63,022 nt of DNA, filler included, from Choristocarpus tenellus KU-1152 (GCA_964200185.2; 12 parts of 12 records of this genome joined end to end with filler, not necessarily neighbours in it), one strand, 5' to 3'; counted from the whole stretch's first letter, positions 25,003 to 38,102 are shown. The notes: generated by a model from the sequence alone, not told the origin. Program-made: numbers and translations.

Positions 25003-25205
25003 TGTCAAGTATGCTGGATCTCTCACTTCAATTTCTCCGGAAGTATCAATCATCATATTAAAAGAGACTGGTCAATGATATCCTATCTCAATGGGGACCA
25101 TAATGACCAAATAACAAATAAATAATCAAGAAGTACATACATACATAAAATCTAGGATTTCAAGGTCATTTATGAAATCGCCATGAAGACATGTCGCCTG
25201 TAACA
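25003..25205 (-). mobile_element. Putative LTR (~200 bp, TG...CA) preceded on the minus strand by a polypurine tract
   Basis: Homologous along its length to 52172-52393 and to 47883-47921; TG...CA ends; the adjacent plus-strand C-run reads as a G-rich PPT directly 5' of TGTTACA on the minus strand, both here and at ~47922-47930. Confidence 0.6.
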
Positions 25206-26589
25206 TGCCCCCCCCTGCGTGAAGCATAACTGCTTCAATGCAATAAAGGGGAGATTGGACAAGGAAACAAAATGTCACTTCCAGGTCCTAACGTATCAGT
25301 GGGCAGTGTTGTGGATCCAGCGGAGAAGGAACCTGGAGGAAAGACCCCTAGAACGTGCTTTGATCGCCAACGAAAGTGGACCAATCGGATGGTGTTTGGG
25401 GTTGTTGTATATACACCGGTGAGGGAAAGGTTTAATCCATTTTTGAAATATGGCAAGAGGGGAAAAGGACAAATGCTGTGCTCCAGAACTCAACATGACG
25501 GTAAATCCTTGCGAGAAAGACATGGTGATGAAGGGATGAAGTACAAAGCTCCAGGGGATGTGTTCAAGGTAGGGTGGGTCAATGTACTCATGTTATCTTC
25601 CCGGTTTATGCTTGACAGTGTCGCAGCAGTGAGGCCGAGTTCCACACTCTCTGACTCCAAAACTGTGTTAGACGTAGGTGACAACGCGGAGTTGAATGAA
25701 GTTGTGACGGATATGGAACTTCCGGACCTCATCGTACTCGCTTGTGATCTTCAGGCGGCGCTTGATAGAGGGTCCGGTCCAGGTTGTGTTGAAGGCAATC
25801 ACCCAGGCACTGGACCCAGGCATGGTGTTGAAGTGAACCTCCAAGGGTGTATTAGGCCTTTTGACGGGGCTCATGCACGTTTCTCAGGGTATTGGCTTAT
25901 CCTTCCTGTCAACAAACGCTTTCCTCGTGGTGGATTTTTTTCTAAGTGGTCTGGGCTTTCTGGGCAGGGAGGGTGAAAAACCTTCTGAGTTGGTTGCAGT
26001 CCCTTCCCGTCCGCCAATGTGGCGTGGCCCTACGTGTTCGGTGACCCCCCAAAACAGATAGGCGTGAGTACCAGTGTTGTTAAGGGGCCTTGTTTCTGTG
26101 TGATGGGGGGGTGATGAGAAGCACCGGAGACAAGGTTGAGAAAGGAAGTGATAGATGAGACTAAGGCATGGCGAGCGTGTGTTGACAGGCTCAGCGTGCT
26201 GTGTGGATCAATCTCCAGTGTGATTGGTTGTGATGAGTGCGAAGAGGAAAGGCAATTTTAGGGTTCTAGGGTTTGAATCCACGGTTGATGTTGGGGTCAC
26301 CGTTGGATTGTGGTCAATGTGAAAAGGCGGGGTGCACAGATGTATGTGACTGTGTGTACTATGGTCTCGAACGCGGGGATAGGGGAGAAGGCGACGTGGG
26401 TGAGATATCTGTACATATGTGGAAAGCAGGTTTGTCTGTTGTTATACCTTTATTGCCGTATGCCATATACCGTTATACTGTTGTACCGTNNNNNNNNNNN
26501 NNNNNNNNNNNNNNNNNNNNNNNNNNNNNNNNNTTAATTAATTAANNNNNNNNNNNNNNNNNNNNNNNNNNNNNNNNNNNNNNNNNNNN

Positions 26590-29500
26590 CCCCTGCTTTT
26601 TCCCTCCCCCTCCCCTCAACGATGCTCCCACCCCAGCTACCATTGCAGGGACAGCACCAATGTCAATCCTCATCAGCTTCTCCCTTCCTTTAAGGAGTGC
26701 CCCCTTGGAGCCACCCTGCTCCACCTCAGTTGAAGAATTCACCTCTCCACCTACACTTACACTCTCTCCTGGATCATCCTCCCGCCTCCGTTTTTTCCCA
26801 ACAGAGCCATTGGCATCTTTCATTTCCTTATCAACCACAATACCTCCTCTTGAAGATGCTTCAGGAGAGGCACCATTTGCTGTGACACTGGTCATAGCTT
26901 CAGCAGCACGGAGGACCTTGATCCTTTGGTGCCAGTGATGCTCCCATGAGATTATAAGGTCAGCTAGACTTACAGCCAGTTGACGATTGTCCCGTGAGCA
27001 GCTATTAAAAACATTAGAACAACAGTTTAGTAAACACCAGAGAGCAGTCGGGATGAAAACATTACTCCGCAGCAACTTGCCAAACAAATGTCAAATGTCA
27101 AATTACTTTCAATTTAAACATACTTTCAAGACAGTGCTTTAAACCAACCCAAATATCCCAAATATACCGAGGTTTTCCCCCCCCAAAAAACAGACCTTCA
27201 AAGCAATACCAAAATATAGGGTTGGAATGATATGAACCAGTTCCCTGCCCCCCACCAAAAATATGTACCATTATTGGGTACAAACCTCCACACAGCATTT
27301 ACTACACTACATAGAATCCGTGGTACAAAATATATCATATTAACAGCACATAGATGGCTTGCTCCTAGACTGCTGCAACCCCGCACACTGTTATGAATAC
27401 AAACTTCCACAAAAACAAGCGCATACGTTTTAAGAACTATCTCCGCCCCTTTACTGCCATCGCCAACTATCTAATTGCCTAATAAAAACAGGTAGGTACC
27501 AGTGCCATCAGTTGAACTAGAATCTATTACAATCTTCAACAAGCATTCAACACCATGCTGGTTGTTGTTAATAATGCCATTTTTTGAAAGCTACCAAATG
27601 GCATGACACACTAAGAAGTAAGAGATGAAAAAAATAATAAAAAACGGAGAAAGAGATGAAAAAAAGATGCACAAGAAGAAAATGAAGTACAAGAAGTTAA
27701 TGAAGTAAACGTAACCACCCTTGGTCCTCCTCCTCGTAACCCCCTTCTTCCTCCCTGTTCCCCATGGAAATTCACCTTGGGGGGAGGCCCAATTTGCTAA
27801 GAGAAGTGACCATCTGAGTGACAAAGTGACTACGACATGTGTAGAACAGTGTCGGGTGCCTAACAATCAGCTGCCACATGTGTATGAGCTGTGGAAGGGC
27901 ATGTCCCTCCTCAAACATTATTTTCTTTGTCCAGCGAATAGCCTTCATAAATTCCTTTGCAACAAAAAAAGGGAAACAGTTTCGTCAGTTACGAAATGCT
28001 CTTGTTAAAAAATAATGCAAATATCACAGCAGTACCAAAAAGGCAACTAACTACTCGCCATGATCAGTGCCTGTAATGAAGTACTTTCGTACTTTCATCC
28101 GCCACCCTACTCCTTAGGAAAGGAGAAGATTATCTAAATCCTAACCCTAACCCTAATAACCTCATATTCATCTTGTTACCAGTCTCAACCTCTGAAAAAA
28201 ACAGTACCATCTAGTATTAATTGCACTACAAGTAACGTGCTCAGAACTAACTATACACTAAAGCACAATGCTTATCAACATACTCTAAAGTCCTATGTTG
28301 CATTAATAATGTGACTGTGTCGAAGGCTGAAGGGAAGGACAGGGTGCGCGTGCAGTTTCTCACCAGACCACTTAGGCGGAAGGGGAGTGCTGGCACTAAG
28401 ATGTCCAACGCAGAATGAACAAGGTCCTTGACCTCAGGCTGAATGCACCGAAGTAATTGCACATACACCTGTGACAACATGTGAGACAACATGTGAGACA
28501 ACATGTGAGACAACATGTGAGACAACATGTGAGACAACATGACAATTGCACATAGCACATACAGGGTATGCCCCAAAGGGGGTAGGATTCGGAGGAGCAG
28601 TTACAAAGAGGTGACGTAAAAACATGACTACAGAAATTAAAAAATATAAGTAGTAAGTCCAATAAAAAATATCAAGGTTGAACACATATTGTTAGCCCCC
28701 AGAATGGCCATGCGTTCTTGTACCTGTCCAAAACAACACTCCAGAATTACAGCACATCAAGTAAGAAAATAGCATACTAACCCAAACCCTAATTTCTACT
28801 TGGGAGTAACAATGAACTCTACAGCAATGAATTCACAATGAAAGTTGCAGCAAAAAATGTGGATAAACACTCCACATGGCCGAGAAACTGGTAGGGGAAA
28901 AGTAGACTACAATCACAATGAAGACATGTTCACTCCTATCACATGTAACAGTCAAAATATCATAATCATATTTCTAATCAACAAGCTTCACACTGGTGAC
29001 CCCAACCCCAGGTTAATGTTCAGTTCACCACCACAAACCGGAGCACTTGACAGATAGGGCATGTGTAAGGAATGGGCAATAAATAGGTCCTGCAGCACAC
29101 CCCAGACAGCATGCAATCACTTGTCACACAACTTTGAAACATACCCAAACGTGAAACCATCAATTTTCCAAACAACACACCTGAAGAATAATCTTGGGAG
29201 GCGTATCGTATGCACTGATAAAACGGCACACGTTGATGTACGCCCAGTACTTTCCACTGTCATCAACCTAGTCCACACCAACACAGTAGTCATTCACGTA
29301 TCAGACAGAGCCAAGGTGTGAGGGTGGGGAGCGGTTTGGGGGGTTAGAACATGTAGTGAGACAGAGGGGTTGTCCAGCGATAATTGAACAGTTGTATGTG
29401 GAGTAGGGGAAGTGGCTTTTTTAGTCACAGAACGTAGTGATAATTTTGTCATGGTCTTTGTTTGTCATGGTCTATATGGACTCACTGTGTAAGTGGAAGA

Positions 29501-32500
29501 TCATGTGATTGAAACACTGATGTCAAAAATATTTGAACCGGTTAGTCACTGGGGGTCGTGAATCCTGTGACTATACTATGCATGCCATTGTGATCAGTTT
29601 GAGGTGTACCATTAAAAGCCATTGATTTGATCAGTCAATATTGAATTGTGTACTCCATTATCAACTACTGGCACCAACCCTGAGTTGTTCACAGAAATTA
29701 ACATAAGCTTGAGTCACACAATCAACAGGAAAGTTAACAATTAAAGTTAACAATTTGCTTTGCTTCAATGTTAGATGTGAAATCAACTGCACTAATCGGC
29801 CCTGAAGAGAGTCATAGCCAATAATATTTCAGTAACATAAAAAAAAGTGTATAATATTAGGGTTAGGGACCTCTACTGCAAATTGCTTTTGCTGATTTCC
29901 ACGTCATCCAACACAGACGTATCATTCAGTGGTTCCTTGAGTCAATTAAGCGGCAAGGTACGGGTTGGTGACAAAACAGTATTCCAGAATAGTGTTTGGT
30001 ACCTGTAACAAGAGTGTGGGTATCATGGTACGAGACATGAATGTATTATTTGTATTATTTGTATTATTCACCCAAGCACTACGGTCAATAGATTAATTAA
30101 TGTGTTGCCTGGGTAGAGGCATAGGTTGATAACAAAGGACCCATAGTATAGATAGTGGAAAATGTTGATAACCTCAAGGTGGAGCCTATTATGGGGTTCT
30201 ACTTGAAAAGGGGTCTAGCAAATGCAATCACACCCATAAGCAAATCTACATACAACAGACACTCTCCAAGCTATGCAAAAATGGCTGTGCCTGCTACCCC
30301 AGAGCACACCTTAACAATACCTTGAAAGGTGGTACGATTCTAACAAGGAAGGAAGACTACCACCACTTAGAGCTATGTGAAAAAAACATTCAAATCTAGA
30401 AAAAAAGAAAGTAACTCTATCACAAGGGTTATTTGGTTAGCAAGCAGTCCCCACTATAGGCGACCACAGCACCTACTTTTACCTTCCCCTTGCAATATCA
30501 CGTATATATGTTCCTATTGCTGTCCTGTTGTATTATTACCAACGCTGCATGTAATACACTATAAGAAACTTTCTTGACTGATACAACGGTAACGATCACT
30601 TCTCCAATGCGTCCTGCATCTCTGTATATGGCATCAAGCCAAAGTAACAGCAACTGGGTATCTTTTCTTCATCATGATGCCATCACATCCATCACATCCA
30701 GCCTTCAGCTCCATATATACTAGTGTATTCTTTGCTCATGTAACGGTACAATCCTTTCAAGCATTCTGTAGGTAAAACTTAGCCTCAAACTCTACCCTCA
30801 TTCAAATATTTCAATGTTGTTGTTCCTTCTTCTAACTCACAAGAAGAAGTAACTCAAATTCATTGGAGTGTATAGTGCACCAGCCACCCCTCGACCTATC
30901 TTCAAGATATCATCTTCACCAACTATGATGATACTAAATATAGTAAAACCCCAGTGCCATTTCACTATACCAGATATTCAAAGTAACTTCATTCGAAGTA
31001 ACATAACCAACCGAGAGAGGGGTGCTACTGAGTTTCAAGGGTTCTTCTGACTTTCTGGTGGCACATATTTTTGGAGCATTCAGTCCATACTTCTGGAATA
31101 TAGTTTGACTATTTGTGGATACATTCACCTTAAAGAAGGTTGGCCTAATCAACGCCCTTTGTTGAATGCCATGTTCTACAAACATACTTTATTTTAACAA
31201 AATTTAAATCCAAAACACCCCCCCTAACCCTAAGTCTAACCCATAACTCACAGTGTACTCGGCACTAGAGGATACTACCTAGACACATTCCACATCTCTT
31301 CCAACCAACCTTAAGGTTGTTCCAAGCAAACTTGATGAGCTCCTTGCGATGTTCCAACATCTCCTCATGTAGAAACTCAATCAGCAAGGCCCCCAACTTG
31401 AGCAACTCAATACGCAGGCCTTCTATGAGGTTCTTGTCACCCCTAAATGCCTCTTGCACCAACTGAGCCAACTGATGCACACACAGTCAACCCCATCAAG
31501 GAGTGCAAATCACAGAGTAGCAAATTCTTAGGCATCACAGTTCACACATTGACTAGTTCACAAATTGAATATTTCGCACATTGAATAGCTCACACTTCCT
31601 TCACAACTTCTCTTGTACTTCAACAAGCACTGCCTGCATACCTTTTCTGTTCACATACCAGCACACTATATATTTTATGATACACTATATATTTTATGGT
31701 ATATACATTTCTTGCGCATAAATGTACACAGTAAATTGCCATATCAAAATAGGACCTGTTCCAATACAATCTTGGCAACCTGGAGCACCTTCGCACCAGT
31801 CCAAACTCAACCCTAGCCAGAACAACTCAATGTAGGTTAGAATTGCCTAAAAATGTGATGCTGCACATCTGAAATTACTTCTTGTCTTTAAAACAGAGGG
31901 AAAGGGTTAGGGTTGTCAAAAGTCAACTACATGAAAAAAAGGAACGCAACTTTCCACTTTCATAACATGTAGCATTAACCCCAACCCTAACCCAGTCATA
32001 CAAACTAGAATGAAAACCAGAGAAGGGAAAAATGAAACTCCACCAAGACTAACCAGGGGGGCATCCAGGACGTCCTTGTTGCAGGTGTACGGGTCCTCAA
32101 ATGTGGTTGTTAGGACAGGGATAACAACCAGTGAGAGGCACTTCACCTGAGAATTGTGATCATGAAGAGACACATGAAAATGATGGAATGGACTTTTGAT
32201 CAAAATTGAACATGTTCTCCTGCAGTGAGCCTTGCATAGTCTTATCAACTTCACAAACACTAACTCCATATAATGGTGAGTAAGCCGTAAACTTTCCTCG
32301 GGTGGAATTAGGTTAATATTAATTGGGTTAATATTAATTGGGTTAATATTAATTAGGTTAATGTTCATTAGGTTAATATTAATTGGGTTAATGTTAATTA
32401 GGTTAATATTAATTGGGTTAATGTTAATTAGGTTAATATTAATTGGGTTAATGTTAATTAGGTTAATATTAATTAGGTTAATGTTCATTAGGTTGATATT

Positions 32501-34974
32501 AATTGGGTTAATATTAGTTAGGTTAATATTAATTGGGTTAATATTAATTAGGTTAATGTTCATTAGGTTAATATTAATTGGGTTAATGTTCATTAGGTCA
32601 ATATTAATTAGGTTAGTGATCATTAGGTTAATGTTCATTAGGTTAATATTAATTAGGTTATTGTTCCAGATCCGTTACACCAGTGAGTTCACTTATGCAC
32701 AATTCAATTGGACAAGCAACCTCAAATACAGAACACCAACATTATTCTTCTTCCAGGTGCTAAGACATCATTGTGGGTTAGGGTTAGGGTTAGGGTTAAT
32801 CATTGTGGAGATCTTAGTAGTGCTAAGACATCATTGTGGAGATCACAGGAACAGCACATTCTCAGTAACAAGAGCTACTATATGCACTTATGATTATGCA
32901 CAGTAGAATCTAAGGGCAGCTTCAGTAGTATCAACAGAATGAAAATACCTTACGTAGCAAGTGAAGGGGAGAAAATTGAGATTACTAGTACTAACACCAC
33001 ACAATGATGAGCGCCATGTCGACCACTTTGACTGCCTTGAGTCCAACCCTAACCCTAACCCTAACAAAAAGACATAATGTCTTGAACCAACTGATGTCGC
33101 CAGTAATCTATCTGACCCTATCCCAAGCACGAATCACATCACTCAACACTTCAAACACTTAACTTCGCGATGGGAATCATGAAAAGCACTCACAATCTCA
33201 CACCAAGCTTTTCAAACATGACACAAAGCTGCCATAGGCTGCTCTGTCAAGCGTAGGCAACACATCAGAGTACTCTAACACCATTGCACATTCAAAGTCC
33301 TCACAAGCACACAAGCCTCAAGCTCTCTATAAAACATGCAACAGAAACTGTAGAATTTGACTGCCCCGGAACAAGCACCAGAACAACAAAAAAAAAATGT
33401 TGAGGTGATAAACAAGACATAATGGATGTACAAGAAGTCAAGGGTACAGTCGATGTAATGCAGTAGTCCATACCAATTCTTGAAACCGCTTTGTCAGATA
33501 CAACACTCCAGAACACAACAAAACAATTGATACCTCCCCATTACATGCATAGTGCCAAGGTGAGTACCTTGAATTCCTCAGTGAGGTTAGGGTCTGAAAG
33601 TGAATTCAGCATGACCTTGAACAGGAGGCGTTTCTGGTCTTGGTTGGTCAACACTGGCACTTCGTAAGTGTAGAAGTCCTGCAAACAAGATCAACCACAA
33701 GCATTTTTTTTTTAAAGTCACACAACAGTAGTTTCACTAGAGATTATTAAAAAGAAACAGAGCTGCAGAGGCCAGACAATAGATATTGATGTCAAGAGCA
33801 GCATTTATAGCACTTCATTGATCCTAGCATGTACATATGCATGGGGAGTCTGAATACAAAGAGTGCTCTGACACAGATGCTGTTTGTCATGATAATGAAA
33901 CTCCCACACCTTGAGGAATGTAAAGTCCACTGGAGTGGGGTAGAGAAAGATCGATGCCATATCCAGCAGCATAGCCACATGCCCTGGGTGGGCCCTGTAG
34001 CACAGCATCAGGCACTTTATGACCAGCTTGCTCTCGTGTTGTTCCCTCAGGCTGCAAGTACACAATTTTTCATAATATTTTTTTCAAAGTCAAGTCAACA
34101 CATGTCATGTCCATGCAAGTCAAACAATATCCAGTTCAGGCATATCAGCCTCTCCAAGGAAAGGTGTGAATGGTGTGGAGGGTGTTGAAGGTGCAGTTTA
34201 ATGCAATTGCATCACTCAAATGCATCACCCAAAGATGAACAGGTAAGATGAAGACGAACTGGCAAGATGAACTGGCAAGAAATAACAGCAGGGTCAAGCT
34301 TAGAAAAACACAGGAGAGCTCAAGTTGCATGTTGCATGTCACAAAATAATAATAAATATGAAATAAAGGCAAACAGATGTGGATGTATTAATAAAAAAAA
34401 TAAAGTGAACTGAATCCTACTCGCACCTACTACATATTTTCAAAACCCTGAGATACTCCAGAGCGCAAAACCAACACATTGAAACCCTAACCCTAATCGA
34501 AACTCTACTTCTCTGGAGAAAACGGTATATCCAGTACCTATTGATATTCAGTGCTCTAGCACACTAGTACACTTCCATCCCAAACAATCAGACACACAGA
34601 ATTGCCGTAACAGCAAAATGCTCCTACTGCCTTGTTGACTCAATTCTTACAAATAGAACTAACTTTCTCATAGTGTATTTGAAGATGTTTGCAAAACATG
34701 CTGCCACACACTGTCCATCGGAAACTTTTCAAAGAAATACAAAACAAAAACACGACAGTGGTAGAACTTCCTATTAACATTGGTCAAAAATCATTATAAT
34801 CCAAACCAGACATTTTTTTTAATACAGAGACATCATATATATATATATATATTTCCAAATATCTTCAAGTCTCACTCACCTGCTTTGGGTGGCCTGCGGA
34901 GCAGACAGTTCTTTGCAACGGCAAATATGAGCCCTCCAGACCTCCCTCAAGGTTTCCACCACCATGTACTGACG
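26590..34974 (-). CDS. TRRAP: Transformation/transcription domain-associated protein (TRRAP/Tra1), internal HEAT-repeat region, nine exons
   Basis: Exons ~34880-34974, 33910-34051, 33568-33678, 32054-32146, 31310-31471, 29181-29267, 28364-28468, 27776-27954 and 26590-27001 join in phase. Peptides LRIELLKLGALLIE...HRKELIKFAWNNLK, WAYINVCRFISAYDTPPKIILQVYVQLL, ALDILVPALPFRL, WTKKIMFEEGHALPQLIHMWQLIVRH and DNRQLAVSLADLIISWE are characteristic of Tra1/TRRAP. Confidence 0.93.
28470..28545. repeat. 12-bp tandem repeat (GAGACAACATGT) x ~6 abutting a TRRAP splice acceptor
   Basis: Directly visible; the terminal variant unit supplies the CAG acceptor at 28469-28471 on the minus strand. Confidence 0.95.
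32306..32665. repeat. 15-bp AT-rich minisatellite (~24 units, AATT[A/G]GGTTAAT[A/G]TT) in a TRRAP intron
   Basis: Directly visible; produces the spurious INLIN / LILIR ORFs in the ORF track. Confidence 0.95.
32777..32798 (+). repeat. Interstitial telomeric repeat (TTAGGG)n flanked by a 10-bp direct duplication
   Basis: ATCATTGTGG (32767-32776) + GTTAGGGTTAGGGTTAGGGTTA + ATCATTGTGG (32799-32808). Confidence 0.9.
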
Positions 34975-35399
34975 CTATGCCCATAAACATTGCACAAACA
35001 CAACAAAAAATAGGCATAGATAAAAAAAAATTATCAGGCACAGAGCGCAAACATCATACTGTCAAAGGGATTACCACAGTTTGAGATAGGCAAAAAAAAA
35101 AACATCAGCACCCCTAGGGAGTCCTTTTCCCATAGACCAGCATCCCNNNNNNNNNNNNNNNNNNNNNNNNNNNNNNNNNNNNNNNNNNNNTTAATTAATT
35201 AANNNNNNNNNNNNNNNNNNNNNNNNNNNNNNNNNNNNNNNNNNNNGGATCATGGGATGTTTGAGTCTATAGTCTTCATAAAACCACGAAAAATACCGGT
35301 CGCCCTTGGGTGCCCCCCTCCCCCCCCCCCCAACCTACCCCCTCCTCCTGAACCTTGGTTCCCTAGGCAGTAACTTTATCTTGTATCAATTCTACATCC

Positions 35400-37417
35400 C
35401 TAGCAGGTGGGGGTATACTGTGAGTCAGCAGTGAAGCATGACCCTTGAAGCAGCGATTTTGGCTCCGAGGCTACTCCAATATTTTCCAACACCCTGGTAT
35501 CCATGCAATCATCAAATCTGAGATTCAAGCACACAAACGAGGGACACCGAAGGCAGGTGGGTTGGGTTGATGAGGGGAGAGGGGCGGGGTGGGTATATCT
35601 TGAGCTTAAGCAGTTTTAACCTCAAAATGCAATACAACTCATCAAAAATAGGTGGGAGAGGGAGGGGGAGGGGGTGAATTACAATAAAACCATTAAGATG
35701 GTGTGTCCGACAGAAGGTAGTAACCCTTACAGAAAACTCTCTCTCTCTCTCTCTCTCAATTACATCTATATCATCTTCACTACATACTATATGCAAGCGC
35801 GCTACTCTACCGTCATCACTGTCATCACGCTTCCAACGGAGGAGCCACTCACTCGAAGATGGCTGGTATCCCAGTGAACTCATTGGAGGAGATAGTGTTC
35901 CGATCCCCCTGAGTAACCGACACCGCCTCGTTCTCATAGTGCTCAACCTGGTTGTAACTGAAACATCAACAGAAGGAGAAGAAGGCCAAGGTGGAGGAGA
36001 GAGCGAGGGGAGGGGAGGGGAGAGGGGGAAGGATATTCAATCCCGATGTTGTCACGCTATCCATAAAAAATGCAGTGATATACATTTTTTTTTGCAGAAC
36101 GAACAGTTATTTATGATCACTTTCTGTTGGTTCAGAACAATCACACTACAGAGTTTTGTTTGGAAGCACACAAAAGCGCTCCAGAAATAGTCTCGAATAT
36201 TGCCTCATGTCCCATCACCCTAACCCTAAACTCACTTGCCTGTACTGTACAATTGTAGGACCAAATAATAATAATAATAAAAATCATAACAACAATAATA
36301 ATATCAATAACAATAATACTAACACTGTCAAGTTTAACACAGTCACTACTGGTGTTGGGGGTGTACACGGGGGTTAAGAGACCCCCAAAAAACACGGATG
36401 AAATGAAATGCTTTCTAGTTATTAAGATATTTTTTCTTTAAAAAAAAAAGGCATTTCGTTTTTTCGTTTCGAATGTATATACAAATATTCTTAGAGTTTA
36501 TGAGTTCTTTTTTTTACTTTCAATTAATTATACTTCATTAAAATGACAATTTCTTCACTTGTTTAATTAAAAAAAAAAACACATTTCTATATGATGAATA
36601 AAAAAAAAAGGTACCCCCCTTCTACCTTAAGATGTTATCGTTGCATCTCCTGTCGTCCACCTCTGGTTCATCTCCCTCTGACCCTTCGTAGAGGTAGTAA
36701 GCCAAGCTGGTAGAGTTGGTCACTTCATTGTTCATCATCTGGCCTCAAGGGGAGATTACAGATAGAGAGGAGTAAGGCTACCACACACATCCCAGTACAG
36801 CCTGTGGTACATATTCATACGTACATAAAAAAAAATTTAAATGCAGGAGAGGACACAGAGGAATAAATATAAAAATATAAAGAAAGGAGAGGATTCTCCT
36901 TTTGAGACTGATCCTCAGATGTCCATCATATCACAGCTCGTGCTTCATTGGTCTGCGCAGGATTTGAATAGGATTTGAATAGGGTCGAGAGTCCTCCAAA
37001 AATATAAAAAATATCAGAAATGAAGCCGAAGAGAGGAGGGTGGACTATATATACACTGACACCTCAGTTAGGAGGCATATATATGAGGAAAATTCCAGAA
37101 TGAATACAAGGAAACAATCCTATAAAAAGAAAATGATTTAAAAAAAGGGGTCCCATTACTATGTATATATATCCCCCGATGTTTTTTCTTTTCTTTTCTT
37201 TTTTTTTTTGGGGGGGGGAGACAAATTGGTATCAAATATACACATGAAACGCCTGCGAATGTCTAGTCTACAACGACAGTGCGCACAATATTATTGGAGG
37301 ACCCTAGAGTGAGACGGATGCCCCACTTGTTGCCACTGAAGATGTTGTTCTCAACATCGAGATGGAAGGATTCCACGATTGCCAAGCCTGCATCTAAGTT
37401 GTCATGAACGTAATTGC
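35400..37417 (-). CDS. Mannuronan C-5 epimerase (alginate epimerase, AlgG-like parallel beta-helix), last four exons
   Basis: Exons 37287-37417 (NYVHDNLDAGLAIVESFHLDVENNIFSGNKWGIRLTLGSSNNI), 36626-36738 (MMNNEV...YLYEGSEGDEPEVDDRRCNDNIL), 35853-35957 (YNQVEHYENEAVSVTQGDRNTISSNEFTGIPAIF) and 35400-35517 (FDDCMDTRVLENIG...GSCFTADSQYTPTC*). Phases match. NxVHDNxDAGLA..ESF, GIR and the terminal GxCF...TPxC agree with brown-algal MC5E as I recall them. Absent from the ORF track. Confidence 0.88.
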
Positions 37418-37979
37418 CTGAGCCCCCCAGCATTGAGAGGGAGGGGGGAGGGGGGAGTGGAAGAGTTTGAGGTGTTTGGGATAGTTTTTCTTCTAGTAAT
37501 GATCATTGCCTCTTATTATGTGTATGATAATAGTTTTTCGTTCTTTTTTGCGCTTATGAATATATTTAAATTGCAGTCATTGGTAGTACTACTTTTCATT
37601 TGAATAAATACAGCACTATGTAGTAACACGAGCAGATGACTCAAATACACACATGTTGAAGTTGTAATTATTGGCTATATATATATATACACATATTCAC
37701 CTGTATTCATACATATGTGTGCGTGTGTGTTTCATACAAGAGCAAGAAAGAGTACGACATGCTTCCTTAATCATATTATTACTAAAAGGATTAATATCTC
37801 ATTTAAAGAATGATAAAGCAAATAGCTTTCCTCAAAAAAGGAAGGCTTCAACCCCCCCCCCCCCCCCCTCCCCACACCCNNNNNNNNNNNNNNNNNNNNN
37901 NNNNNNNNNNNNNNNNNNNNNNNTTAATTAATTAANNNNNNNNNNNNNNNNNNNNNNNNNNNNNNNNNNNNNNNNNNNN

Positions 37980-38102
37980 TTTCAAAAAAAGGCCGGCAGC
38001 AGAGGTTTGGGGGGGGGTGGAGTTCAGGGGTTTGCTCTCCTCTCCCCAAAGGGGCCGCCCCCCCCCCCCCCCCCCCCCCCCCCCTCCCAGATATTTTGAG
38101 CC
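37980..38102 (-). mobile_element. MITE family A end, low-quality sequence at contig start, truncating a copia relic
   Basis: CCCCTCCCAGATATTTTGAGCC matches the family A terminus. Confidence 0.65.

Noticed and set aside
28247-28685. MLSH / CCLT / VVSH repeat peptides
   Set aside because: Translations of the intronic 12-bp tandem repeat; only 28364-28468 is a real exon.
31916-32906. 240-aa INLIN-repeat ORF and 181-aa LILIR-repeat antisense ORF
   Set aside because: Both are read-throughs of a 15-bp minisatellite inside a TRRAP intron whose flanking exons join in phase without it.
13190-37417. Apparent cluster of IMPase, lysA, TRRAP and alginate epimerase
   Set aside because: Each gene is on a different contig separated by artificial linkers.
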